Shown here one piece after another: positions 1-7,860 of a stretch of DNA of 45,445 bases; within the stretch, counting starts at the first letter, position 1; every line of letters starts with the position of its first letter. This stretch comes from a virus. Lineage: Duplodnaviria; Caudoviricetes. The DNA lies in the IMG/VR virus record IMGVR_UViG_3300036778_000052, positions 1 through 45,445 of that record, one strand, 5' to 3'. The notes under the pieces are model-generated. The model saw nothing but the letters and a program-made list of their open reading frames with translations, did not search any database and had not been told where the DNA came from. The position numbers and the translations under genes were made by a program.

Positions 1-317
1 CTGCCAGACTGATCGTTCACTGTTCATGCGAAGTCGGCAAATGGGTTCGATCTAAGAGTTCCAGAGATGTTCTCTTGAAGGTCTACATCCTGTCCGATGT
101 CGGCAAAGGTCTACTCAAGCGATGGTCGCCAGTTGACCCACGCTTTGCCGATGTTGACGAAATGGAGCCGCCTGACTGGAAGGCATTCCGCCGTGAGCTG
201 GCCGCAATTGGCCGTAATGGCGTGCTCAGGATCGTCAGGCCCGAGTACGAGGGCAGCCGTGCTCAGGCCAGGCGTGAAATGGGAATTCACGATTCAGTTT
301 ACAGGGACAACGCATGA
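1..317 (+). CDS. Hypothetical protein, 5'-truncated at the window edge (homolog of 41225-41725)
   Basis: Near-identical to the C-terminal part of ORF 41225-41725. Confidence 0.8.
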   Translation, partial: ARLIVHCSCEVGKWVRSKSSRDVLLKVYILSDVGKGLLKRWSPVDPRFADVDEMEPPDWKAFRRELAAIGRNGVLRIVRPEYEGSRAQARREMGIHDSVYRDNA

Positions 318-826
318 TTTACTTCATTCAGAACGAGATATCGAAGGCGATCAAGATCGGGTTTAGCGACAGCCCGATTCGACGGCTGGTCAGTCTTCAG
401 ACGGCTACGCCTGACCCTCTTGTGCTGCTGGCCACCACGGATGGAGGGTTCAAAGAAGAACAAATCCTTCATCAGAGATTCGAGGATTTTCGGTTGGCTG
501 GTGAGTGGTTCAGCCACGAGAACCCGAACGACAGTATTCCCGAATTCGTCGCGGGAATCCTCATCGTTAAAAAGGCGATTCAGCCCTATTCAAATTTGAA
601 GCTTGAATTTCCTGAACTCTCATTTTTGGTATCGGCCGCCGTTCAACATCCCGTGTCGACATGTAGCTTCTGCGGCCTTTACCAAGTCATGAGATGGGAT
701 GACGGGCCAGGGCCAGGAGATGAGTTTTGGTCGTGGCATCAATCCAAGCCACAGCTTTTTGAAAGTGTCGAATCAGCGTGCGTTGCTTACGTGGCTAGCT
801 ACCGAGAGTGGATGGCTACCCAGTGA
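314..826 (+). CDS. T5orf172/MUG113-like GIY-YIG family protein
   Basis: MIYFIQ...IKIGFS...RRLVSLQT...EEQILHQRF...GEWF motif set; ATGA overlap with the upstream gene. Confidence 0.85.
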   Translation: MIYFIQNEISKAIKIGFSDSPIRRLVSLQTATPDPLVLLATTDGGFKEEQILHQRFEDFRLAGEWFSHENPNDSIPEFVAGILIVKKAIQPYSNLKLEFPELSFLVSAAVQHPVSTCSFCGLYQVMRWDDGPGPGDEFWSWHQSKPQLFESVESACVAYVASYREWMATQ

Positions 827-1032
827 CCCGTTTCACCATCGATGTCGGGAGCTACACCATGCCAGTGGGTCGCCAGAAGGGAAAGACCCTGGCCCAGATC
901 GAGGCCACCGTGCCGTGGGGCCGGCTGTACCTCTGGCGGCTGGCTGAATGGGCCGACAACCAACCCGGTTATCAAAGTATCACCAAAGCCATTTACGCAT
1001 ACCTGTCTCAAACCCGTGGAGAGAGACCATGA
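823..1032 (+). CDS. Small DUF3820-like (MPxGKxKGKxL..YLxW) protein
   Basis: MPVGRQKGKTLAQI...YLWRL motif; GTGA overlap; homolog at 42333-42563. Confidence 0.65.
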   Translation: MTRFTIDVGSYTMPVGRQKGKTLAQIEATVPWGRLYLWRLAEWADNQPGYQSITKAIYAYLSQTRGERP

Positions 1033-1259
1033 GCTACGTGATTGTTGAGAAAGACTACAGAAGCGCTATCGTCGGAATCCTGGTGTCAGACGCATCCAGT
1101 GAGGCGCCAATTTTCGTTAAACCAATTCCTGGCTCACCCACACCAAACAAAGTGCTGTTTGACACGGAACAGCAAGCGCAAACATACATACACGACGTCA
1201 TCGGCCGAGATACCACCTTGAGTTTTTACCGAGTGTTCAAGGATTCCGAGGCTCTGTGA
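1029..1259 (+). CDS. Hypothetical protein
   Basis: GGAG RBS and ATGA overlap; homolog at 42544-42768. Confidence 0.75.
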   Translation: MSYVIVEKDYRSAIVGILVSDASSEAPIFVKPIPGSPTPNKVLFDTEQQAQTYIHDVIGRDTTLSFYRVFKDSEAL

Positions 1260-1777
1260 TTTGCACCTTGCAACCCGTGGAGGGGAATGTGAGTGACGAA
1301 GAGTTGATTCGCTGTCTTCGCAATCCAATGTACCCAATCGATGACACGCTGTGCACGGGCGCCGCCGACCGCATGGAACGCCTGGCCGCCGAAGTGGAGC
1401 AGTTACAACAAGAGGTTAAAGAATTCGCCGATCTGCGCGGGGACGATCTGGCAATCATTCGGCAACTCCAGGCCGACCTCGCCGCCGCAAGGGAGAGGAA
1501 GCCGGCTGCGATTCGCATGACCGACAAACTTCCGGAAGAGGATAATTTCGCGTTCTGTAAGAGGTTCGCCGAATCAATTCCGCCTGAAGATATCCTTCGC
1601 CGAATATTCGATCGGCTTATCGATAAAGGCGGCGGGGGATTCTCTGGGTGGACAAAAGCATGGTCGTGGATCGGCGATGTCATGTCGCATGGTTCCGGAA
1701 TCTCTGGCGCTATCGTCACCCGGTTTATGACGCACCCCGCCACAACCCCCGCCAAGCCGTCGGAGGGCGAGCGATGA
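1256..1777 (+). CDS. Modular coiled-coil phage protein (Ead/Ea22-like architecture)
   Basis: ADRMERLAAEVE and QLQADLAAARE blocks are shared with 42765-43145; the family name is an analogy only. Confidence 0.6.
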   Translation: MICTLQPVEGNVSDEELIRCLRNPMYPIDDTLCTGAADRMERLAAEVEQLQQEVKEFADLRGDDLAIIRQLQADLAAARERKPAAIRMTDKLPEEDNFAFCKRFAESIPPEDILRRIFDRLIDKGGGGFSGWTKAWSWIGDVMSHGSGISGAIVTRFMTHPATTPAKPSEGER

Positions 1778-2130
1778 GCCAGCTCTACCGGGTCAGCCGA
1801 TACGAGCCGCTCGACGACGTGGAGATAGGCAGCGGCTGGCATTTGGTCTGCGACAACGTGTCGTATGAGCGAGCCCTTGGCGAAGTTCACCGGTTGCTGT
1901 GGTGCAACCACGAGCGAGATGCCATCCAGGTTGACCGACTACCGCCTGAGCCGGGCGGCTATCACATGGACATCAAGCTGCCCGACGAAGAGGCCGCATT
2001 AGCAGCTTTCGATGCCAGCCAAAAACAGCCTAGTCGATCCCACGTCAAGGCGAGCCGTAGAAATGCGACAGCGAGCCGCCCAGAGCCTAGAAAGACCATC
2101 CAAACCAGCTTCCTAGAGGGAACGAAATGA
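1774..2130 (+). CDS. Hypothetical protein
   Basis: GGAGG RBS and ATGA overlap; positional and weak sequence homolog at 43142-43537. Confidence 0.7.
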   Translation: MSQLYRVSRYEPLDDVEIGSGWHLVCDNVSYERALGEVHRLLWCNHERDAIQVDRLPPEPGGYHMDIKLPDEEAALAAFDASQKQPSRSHVKASRRNATASRPEPRKTIQTSFLEGTK

Positions 2131-2915
2131 CCCCAGAATCGCGTGAGATTGTCACCAAGAGAACGGGCAGACCGCCAAACCGCACCTGCGACAAGTGTGG
2201 TCAACCCAAAACACGCCGCCCTGCAGGTGACTGGAGGTGCAAGCCATGCCACAACGAAGTGGTCAAAACGCGCTACAAAAAAGAGCATCCATTCTGCAAA
2301 AGCGAATACAAAGCCACGCGCTTAAACGGCAAGCCAATGTGCCGCAAGTGTGGCGGCGAAAAAGTTTGGGGCGGAAAGCAGTATCGCTGCCCCCCGTGCG
2401 GTGCAGCATACGCCTTACGGAACCGAGCAAAGCGTGCCGAGGAACACCGCTCGACACGGGCAGATCGGCACACAACAGATCCACGCACAGCAGATCCGAT
2501 CTGCCAGAAGTGCCGTGCTCCACGACGATGGGATGGATTCCAATACCGCTGTCCCACATGCCGGGTCAAGGCCGACCAATTGCGCAGTAGGGGTCTGGGA
2601 CCACGACGGGAAAAACCGCTAATAGAACTCCTCGCACCTGATGCCAGGCTGCTACATCCCAAGAAGCCAAAGCCGCCGTGGCGCCCGTCATGGGCAAACG
2701 CCAAGACGTGGGAATCAGGAAAAGTACAGCTCAAGGACATCTTGTGGTGTGTGCAAACCCACGGCGTGGAGAGATTGAGGAAGCCAAAACCTGCTCAACG
2801 GAAATCAGCGCCCGCCGTGCAGGCTGGACCGATCCTGGCGTGTGCCGGGGCGGATAACAACAACGAGCTGACGGGAGGGCCTGTAGTTAGGTCTGACCAA
2901 AAGCAAGCTGGTTAG
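2127..2915 (+). CDS. Basic protein with repeated Zn-ribbon (CxxC...RCxxC) units
   Basis: Three CxxC-x(9-12)-[WY]RCxxC units; homolog at 43534-44247. Confidence 0.75.
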   Translation: MTPESREIVTKRTGRPPNRTCDKCGQPKTRRPAGDWRCKPCHNEVVKTRYKKEHPFCKSEYKATRLNGKPMCRKCGGEKVWGGKQYRCPPCGAAYALRNRAKRAEEHRSTRADRHTTDPRTADPICQKCRAPRRWDGFQYRCPTCRVKADQLRSRGLGPRREKPLIELLAPDARLLHPKKPKPPWRPSWANAKTWESGKVQLKDILWCVQTHGVERLRKPKPAQRKSAPAVQAGPILACAGADNNNELTGGPVVRSDQKQAG

Positions 2916-2949
2916 GCGGATTAGACAGGTTTGTGTGTGGTGATTCGGG

Positions 2950-2993
2950 CCGCGCCGCGGTGGCCCTCTAACACGATCCGCGGCGCGGTTTTA
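2950..2993 (+). terminator. GC-rich hairpin with T-run, putative intrinsic terminator
   Basis: ccgcgccgcgg...ccgcggcgcgg followed by tttta; identical copy at 44282-44325; the loop is long. Confidence 0.5.
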
Positions 2994-3006
2994 TTGAAAC
3001 AAGAGC

Positions 3007-3044
3007 AAGCACCGGCTTACCCCGGTATACAGCCTGCTTAGTTG
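3007..3044 (+). pseudogene. 3' remnant of the Zn-finger gene that is intact at 44340-44621
   Basis: aagcaccggcttaccccggta(t/a)acagcctgcttagttg matches 44587-44624; the rest of the gene is absent here. Confidence 0.7.
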
Positions 3045-3156
3045 ACGCTAGCAGGTGCCAAAGCAGCGGTTTCATCAGTGCCGCTGTGGACCATTCGCCC
3101 CTTCCCGGTCATGCCAGCTAACCGGGCCGGGAAGGGGATTTACTCGAGGGAGCGAC

Positions 3157-3585
3157 ATGATTACAACAAGCCGCCGCAAGCCTAAACGTGACCCCGGCCC
3201 GCTTGAGAGTGCAGTGCAACTCAACTGCATGAAGTACGCACGAGTCATCGGCGTGAAGTGTTATCGGCGAAACGTGGGAGCGATCGTCATCGAGGACAGG
3301 TTCATCAAATTCAGCGAGAAGGGACAATCAGACCTATGGGGAGTGCTACCCGACGGCCAACATTTTGAGTGCGAGGTTAAACGGCTCGGCAAGCTCCCCA
3401 CTCACGACCAGATTACATGGTTGCACGGAATGAACGGCAACGGCTGTGCATTTTGGGTAGACGCCTCTTTAGTGTTCGCTGGCGTCATTGACGCGCTGAT
3501 TAACGGCAACCGCGTGCGCTACCACTCCACCCAATCCCGCTACGGCAAAGTATGGGGGCCATCTTATGAGTACGACCTCGTGTGA
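3157..3585 (+). CDS. VRR-NUC (PD-(D/E)XK) nuclease, putative Holliday junction resolvase
   Basis: LESAVQ...GQSDLWG...FECEVKR...PTHDQITWL motifs; GAGGGAG RBS. Confidence 0.85.
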   Translation: MITTSRRKPKRDPGPLESAVQLNCMKYARVIGVKCYRRNVGAIVIEDRFIKFSEKGQSDLWGVLPDGQHFECEVKRLGKLPTHDQITWLHGMNGNGCAFWVDASLVFAGVIDALINGNRVRYHSTQSRYGKVWGPSYEYDLV

Positions 3586-3754
3586 CAAAGAACGTATCCG
3601 CGACTGCCTTCGCAAGTGCTGGGAGCAAGCAAAGTCGCCCGACGAGATTGTGCACCAAGCGTGGTGGCATCTTTACCAGTGCCTGCTAAACGCCAGCGAA
3701 GCCCATTTGACCACCCTTACCGAAAGGCTTTGCGATGCAATCGAAGCAGAGTGA
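3566..3754 (+). CDS. Hypothetical protein
   Basis: CLRKC...AWWHLYQCLLNA is conserved in the partial homolog starting at 45325. Confidence 0.7.
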   Translation: MSTTSCDKERIRDCLRKCWEQAKSPDEIVHQAWWHLYQCLLNASEAHLTTLTERLCDAIEAE

Positions 3755-3986
3755 CGTAATCAACTTGGCCGAAGTTATCGCCAGCCTTGATTTCGAGGAC
3801 CGCCAGCCGACTGTCGATTACTGGCTTGATCACTGTATGGAACAGATTCAACGCCTGCCGCGCCGCAGTGCCGAGCGGCTGTACTGGCGCACAACGATGG
3901 AGATCCTTGAGATGGCGTTCGAGGAACAGAATTGGCGGATCGTGGATAGCCTGATCAGCGGGCTGGAAGAGGAGGCTAAGAGATGA
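3735..3986 (+). CDS. Hypothetical protein
   Basis: Compact ORF in an operon; ATGA overlap with the next gene. Confidence 0.6.
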   Translation: MQSKQSDVINLAEVIASLDFEDRQPTVDYWLDHCMEQIQRLPRRSAERLYWRTTMEILEMAFEEQNWRIVDSLISGLEEEAKR

Positions 3987-4225
3987 GCGACCAAGAGCAA
4001 ATCATTGTTCTTTATAGACGCCAAGAAATAGAGCTTAAAGACCGCATCGCCGATCTGGAAAAGCGTCAGCAGGTTCTCCTTGACTTCGTGGACCGCGTTA
4101 TTTCTGAGGGCGAATACGTACCAGATGGAGATGCGGATATTTATTGGTCTGCCGTGTGGAAAGAGCAGAACAATATGGCACGTTTTATCAAAAACACCCT
4201 TAAACCCACAGAAGGAACATCATGA
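3983..4225 (+). CDS. Hypothetical coiled-coil protein
   Basis: GAGGAGG RBS and coupled overlaps. Confidence 0.65.
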   Translation: MSDQEQIIVLYRRQEIELKDRIADLEKRQQVLLDFVDRVISEGEYVPDGDADIYWSAVWKEQNNMARFIKNTLKPTEGTS

Positions 4226-4482
4226 GCCCCCGCCGATTCCAACCCCAGATCGAACAGCTTGAGCGCCTGATCAGCCTGTCCGCACTGGCGCAAACGCTAC
4301 CCACGGCATCGGTCGTCGTGTCGGCAGATGAGCCCGTCCCAGGCGATCCCGACGACGGCACGCTGCCCGAGCCCGAGCCGGGCCCGCTTCCGCCGCTTCC
4401 GTCCGATGCTGGGCCGCTTTGGCCGCCGTATAGCGGGCCGCTTCCGATACCGGGCCCGAGTGGGCCGGTGGGGCCGGGGTAA
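4222..4482 (+). CDS. Small Pro-rich protein with a planctomycete-type export leader
   Basis: N-terminus RRFQPQIEQLERLISLS, followed by an acidic/Pro-Gly tail. Confidence 0.65.
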   Translation: MSPRRFQPQIEQLERLISLSALAQTLPTASVVVSADEPVPGDPDDGTLPEPEPGPLPPLPSDAGPLWPPYSGPLPIPGPSGPVGPG

Positions 4483-4504
4483 TTGTGGAGGTACAAACGT
4501 CGTG

Positions 4505-4795
4505 ATGAGAGAAATTGCAATTGATGGAATAACGTATGTTCCCAAGAGATCGAAACCGTTGTGTTCGATTTCGATGGGCAAGTGCATGCGAGATTTTCGT
4601 GCCGCGTATCGATGGTCTCTCGATAAAGCCGCAACAAAAATCGGTATCAGCAAGACGTATCTTTGGGAACTTGAAACAGGAAAAGCCTCAGAGCCATCGT
4701 TTCGATTAGCTGTGACAATTGCAAGAATCTACAACATAGATCTTGTTTATTTCGCAAAAACATTGGACGTACAGCCGGATACTTCAAAGCTGTGA
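4505..4795 (+). CDS. XRE-family helix-turn-helix regulator
   Basis: WSLDKAATKIGISKTYLWELETGKASEPSF is a classic XRE HTH. Confidence 0.9.
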   Translation: MREIAIDGITYVPKRSKPLCSISMGKCMRDFRAAYRWSLDKAATKIGISKTYLWELETGKASEPSFRLAVTIARIYNIDLVYFAKTLDVQPDTSKL

Positions 4796-5052
4796 CCCCC
4801 CTGTTAACCATAGCCGACGCTGCCGCCATCCTGCGAATCTCGCCGGACAGTGTGCGCCGCCACGCCAAAGCGGGGAAGATTCCCGCACGGAAGCAGGGGC
4901 GGCGATTTTTCTTCACTGAGAGCGATCTCGCCGCTTACCTTGAGGCTTCACGCTATCAGGTGGACGAGCCGGTGCGGGTGGAGCGGCGGGTTGCGGCGGT
5001 GCCACAGTTGAAATGGATCAAGACACGGGAAGAGAGGGCACGTAGGGCATGA
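4792..5052 (+). CDS. xis: Excisionase-like HTH (HTH_17) protein
   Basis: LLTIADAAAILRISPDSVRRHAKAGKIPARKQGRRFFF; lies close to the integrase. Confidence 0.85.
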   Translation: MTPLLTIADAAAILRISPDSVRRHAKAGKIPARKQGRRFFFTESDLAAYLEASRYQVDEPVRVERRVAAVPQLKWIKTREERARRA

Positions 5053-5903
5053 GAGTACTTAGCTTAGGCGGCGGTCAGCAATCAACGGCCGTTTATCTTC
5101 TTGCCGCGACTGGCGAGATACCAGCAATCGACTACGCGATTTTCGCCGACACTGGCGAGGAACCAGCATGGGTTTACGAGCAAGTCCATGCACTGGGGCG
5201 CTTTCCTGGCGGTCCACCGATCATGATCCGGCAGCTACACGATAAACGTGGACTACCGGTCAGTCTCGGGGATCAATTGTTGCACGGAAACGCGGGCCGC
5301 TTCGCTTCGATTCCGGCGTTTATCAAACACCTCAATCTATTCGAGAAAAGAAAGCCAGCGCAAGGCAAGGGGCGCCGGCAATGCACCCGTGAGTTCAAGA
5401 TTGCGGTTGTGGACGCGACTATCCGCCAAGAGCTTTTGGGACTGAAAAAAGGCCAGAAGTTTAAAGGTGAACGTGTCATGCAAGTGTTTGGCTTTGACTG
5501 CGACGAGGGAGGCAGAATAGTCGACGTCCAAGTTCGACTGAAGAAAGGCCGGTTTTCCGTTGGAGACTTCCCGCTATGGGAGCGTCGCTGGGGCCGGATC
5601 GATTGCGAAGAATATAGCCAGCGCATGCTTGGTCGCGAAGTGCTTCCCAGCGCCTGCACGTTTTGCCCACTGATCAGCAACAAACTTCGTAGGCTTCTCC
5701 GCGATCGTGACCCAGCCGGACATCAGCGCGCGTGCGAAGTTGATGCGGCCCTGCGGGTTCCTGGAGCGAGAGCTTCTAAGATGCTCGATGGCGAACTGTA
5801 CATCCACCGGGAAATGATTCCGCTGGCGGATGTGAATCTCGATAAAGACGATGACGGGCTTTTTGGTTATGTCGAGTCCTGCGAAGGTTTTTGCGGACAC
5901 TGA
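5049..5903 (+). CDS. PAPS-reductase-like (PP-loop, Cys-rich) protein
   Basis: SLGGGQQST, FADTGEE, RQCTREFKI, SACTFCP and a terminal CEGFCG. Confidence 0.8.
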   Translation: MRVLSLGGGQQSTAVYLLAATGEIPAIDYAIFADTGEEPAWVYEQVHALGRFPGGPPIMIRQLHDKRGLPVSLGDQLLHGNAGRFASIPAFIKHLNLFEKRKPAQGKGRRQCTREFKIAVVDATIRQELLGLKKGQKFKGERVMQVFGFDCDEGGRIVDVQVRLKKGRFSVGDFPLWERRWGRIDCEEYSQRMLGREVLPSACTFCPLISNKLRRLLRDRDPAGHQRACEVDAALRVPGARASKMLDGELYIHREMIPLADVNLDKDDDGLFGYVESCEGFCGH

Positions 5904-6871
5904 TCTTGCGACGCCTTATCGACCGCATCGCGTGTCTGGGTGGTGTCTACGTGAGCATAATGGGCCGCAAGCATCTTCAAATCAGCATGTCCTAATTGTT
6001 TGGCGATGTGCAAGTCAGGAACGCCTGCCTTGCTTGCCCGCCGATACAGATCGTGCCGAAGATGGTACGGGGTCACGTGGATCCCAAGCTTCTTACACAG
6101 CCTACCGACCCGCTTGGGCAGCATTGTCTTTGACCACGGCCGCCCTTCCATGTTGAGGAGCAGTGGCCCATCCTTCACGGTAATAGCGCACCGCTCAAGT
6201 ATCGCAATTGACCGTTCAGTGAGGCTGATGATCCTCGGGCCACGCTTACCAGTCACCACGGCCGAGCGGCCTTCCCAGTTGATCTGAGCTGCCGTCAACG
6301 TGCGGATTTCGCCCGGTCGGGCGCCGCTGTCGAATATCACTGTCGCGATGTCGCGGAGTTGCTGGTCTGGAATGGCCGCTAGCAACTGGTCGATCTCTTC
6401 AGGTGGTGCTGCTTCCCGCACGAGCTGCTTGGGTCGCGGGGTATCCTCCAGCACATGCCGGTCCAGGTGGCCCATGCGTTTACACCATCGCGACCACCGG
6501 CATGCTATTGAGATGGCCTGGTGCCGCGTGGTCGGGTTCCATTGCTGGCCTGCTACCCACGCCGCGACGTCGAGGGGTTTAAGCTCGGAGGCTATCCGGC
6601 CCCCGGCATGGTCGCACCAGGATTGGAGGAACCACTTGTAGTTGGTGAACGTGGACTCTCTGACTTCGCGTGAGGCGTGGTCTAGGTAGAGATCCACCAG
6701 GGTATCGACGCGCTGCCGGGATCTCGGGACGGGCTTGCTGGCGGCTTTGAGGCGGTGAAATTCCTGCTCAGCGTGCGCGCGGTTTAGCCCTAGAAATACC
6801 TTCTGTTTTCCGATTGTGGCGTAGAAACCGGGCCGGTTTGCGCGCACCCATATTTTGGCGGGTCGTGGCAT
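5867..6871 (-). CDS. int: Tyrosine recombinase / phage integrase
   Basis: Catalytic set SGARPGE, K (GKRG), HLRH, LGH and Y (HYAH); AAAGGAG RBS before the ATG at 6871. Confidence 0.95.
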   Translation of the reverse strand: MPRPAKIWVRANRPGFYATIGKQKVFLGLNRAHAEQEFHRLKAASKPVPRSRQRVDTLVDLYLDHASREVRESTFTNYKWFLQSWCDHAGGRIASELKPLDVAAWVAGQQWNPTTRHQAISIACRWSRWCKRMGHLDRHVLEDTPRPKQLVREAAPPEEIDQLLAAIPDQQLRDIATVIFDSGARPGEIRTLTAAQINWEGRSAVVTGKRGPRIISLTERSIAILERCAITVKDGPLLLNMEGRPWSKTMLPKRVGRLCKKLGIHVTPYHLRHDLYRRASKAGVPDLHIAKQLGHADLKMLAAHYAHVDTTQTRDAVDKASQDQCPQKPSQDST

Positions 6872-6875
6872 TTGA

Positions 6876-6931
6876 CTCCTTTCGTGGAAAGGATATACTT
6901 GAGACATCCTGAGAACATCTCACGAAAGGAG
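6876..6931. promoter_or_regulatory. Divergent control region with an 11-bp inverted repeat containing both RBSs
   Basis: ctcctttcgtg (6876-6886) and cacgaaaggag (6921-6931) flank gagacatc/gagaacatc direct repeats. Confidence 0.6.
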
Positions 6932-6938
6932 ATACCAT

Positions 6939-7130
6939 ATGGCAGCCGACCCAAACAAGATCCTAGTCACGATGAGCCCAGAGACCATCGGCTTGCTTGA
7001 CGAACTGGCCCAGGACGATGCCGAGCGGCTTGACCGCAATAAAGACCGATCCGCCACCGTGCGCGATCTGGTCCGGAGCGAGTTCATCCGTCGGAAAAGA
7101 ATTCCGAAAAAATCCCGTCAGAATGCTTGA
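6939..7130 (+). CDS. Ribbon-helix-helix (CopG/Arc-like) regulator
   Basis: Strand KILVTM, helix ETIGLLDELAQ and helix RSATVRDLVR. Confidence 0.75.
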   Translation: MAADPNKILVTMSPETIGLLDELAQDDAERLDRNKDRSATVRDLVRSEFIRRKRIPKKSRQNA

Positions 7131-7155
7131 CAGTCGGATATCCGTGGGATATATT
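7127..7155 (+). promoter_or_regulatory. Near-consensus sigma70 promoter with a palindromic operator
   Basis: TTGACA-N17-TATATT; perfect palindrome cggatatccg (7135-7144) in the spacer. Confidence 0.8.
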
Positions 7156-7202
7156 TGAAGTGTAGGGAAGAGAGAACGAAACGCCGAACGGGAGACGAGA
7201 CG

Positions 7203-7409
7203 ATGACGACCGCTGAAATCAAAACGATGAGCTTGGCCGAAGTGACTGCGGCTGCCAAAAGCCTGCCGCTCGAAACACTGGAAGCGATCGACGACGAATT
7301 GAGCACTGAAGTCTCGAGCTTTGCTCGAATCAGCGACCCAGCCCGCAGCGACTCGTTATCCGCCCGCATTCGCATCCTGGAAGACGCAATCTACAAAATC
7401 ACTGGCTAA
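7203..7409 (+). CDS. Small hypothetical protein
   Basis: GGAG RBS; MTTAEIK start downstream of the promoter. Confidence 0.7.
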   Translation: MTTAEIKTMSLAEVTAAAKSLPLETLEAIDDELSTEVSSFARISDPARSDSLSARIRILEDAIYKITG

Positions 7410-7416
7410 CCCAACC

Positions 7417-7626
7417 GGAGCCCGACCGATGACCCGCACCGAGATCAGAGAGACCCGCGAAGAGATCCGAGATGAGATCGACGAGATTAACGCGGACATG
7501 CCGGGCCTGCTCTACGACCTCTCGGAACTGCGGGCACAGATCAAAGCAGTGCGGGCGCGGAAGGCGGAATTACGTGCGAAGCTGGCCGAGATGAAAACCA
7601 CGAACTGAGGAGCCCGACCGATGACC
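7417..7626 (+). repeat. 18-bp start-associated direct repeat ggagcccgaccgatgacc (7417-7434, 7609-7626)
   Basis: Exact repeat spanning the RBS and start codon of two adjacent genes. Confidence 0.85.
7429..7608 (+). CDS. Small coiled-coil protein
   Basis: MTRTEIRETREEIRDEID; starts within the repeat. Confidence 0.7.
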   Translation: MTRTEIRETREEIRDEIDEINADMPGLLYDLSELRAQIKAVRARKAELRAKLAEMKTTN

Positions 7627-7818
7627 ACGACGACCAAGAGCTTGAGCAAGATGACGACGACGGAGTTGATGGAAAAAGATGCCGAGATCGGCAACCTGCT
7701 TGACTTGCCATACGACGCCCACTGGATGCCCGACGACACACTGAGACACAAGAGAGAATTTCTTCGTGATCGCCGCGAAGTCCGCGCAGAACTCGATCGA
7801 CGCCACGCCGCCCGCTGA
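7621..7818 (+). CDS. Small hypothetical protein
   Basis: Starts within the repeat. Confidence 0.7.
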   Translation: MTTTTKSLSKMTTTELMEKDAEIGNLLDLPYDAHWMPDDTLRHKREFLRDRREVRAELDRRHAAR

Positions 7819-7860
7819 ACCAACCAGGCCAGGGATCGGCCAAACATGGGGAGAGATGAG

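Larger units (their letters stand above)
1..3700 (+). repeat. Copy A of a diverged direct repeat (partner 41409-45445)
   Basis: 1-202 matches 41409-41610 with one mismatch; 1735-1780 equals 43103-43148; 2784-2993 matches 44116-44325 with one mismatch. Homologous genes lie in the same order between these blocks. Confidence 0.95.

Noticed and set aside
2877-2950. tRNA gene (gggcctgtagtt resembles a tRNA 5' end)
   Set aside because: No D-loop/T-loop consensus or acceptor stem could be built.
7417-7626. CRISPR mini-array
   Set aside because: Only two 18-bp copies, 192 bp apart, each covering an RBS and start codon; no cas genes.
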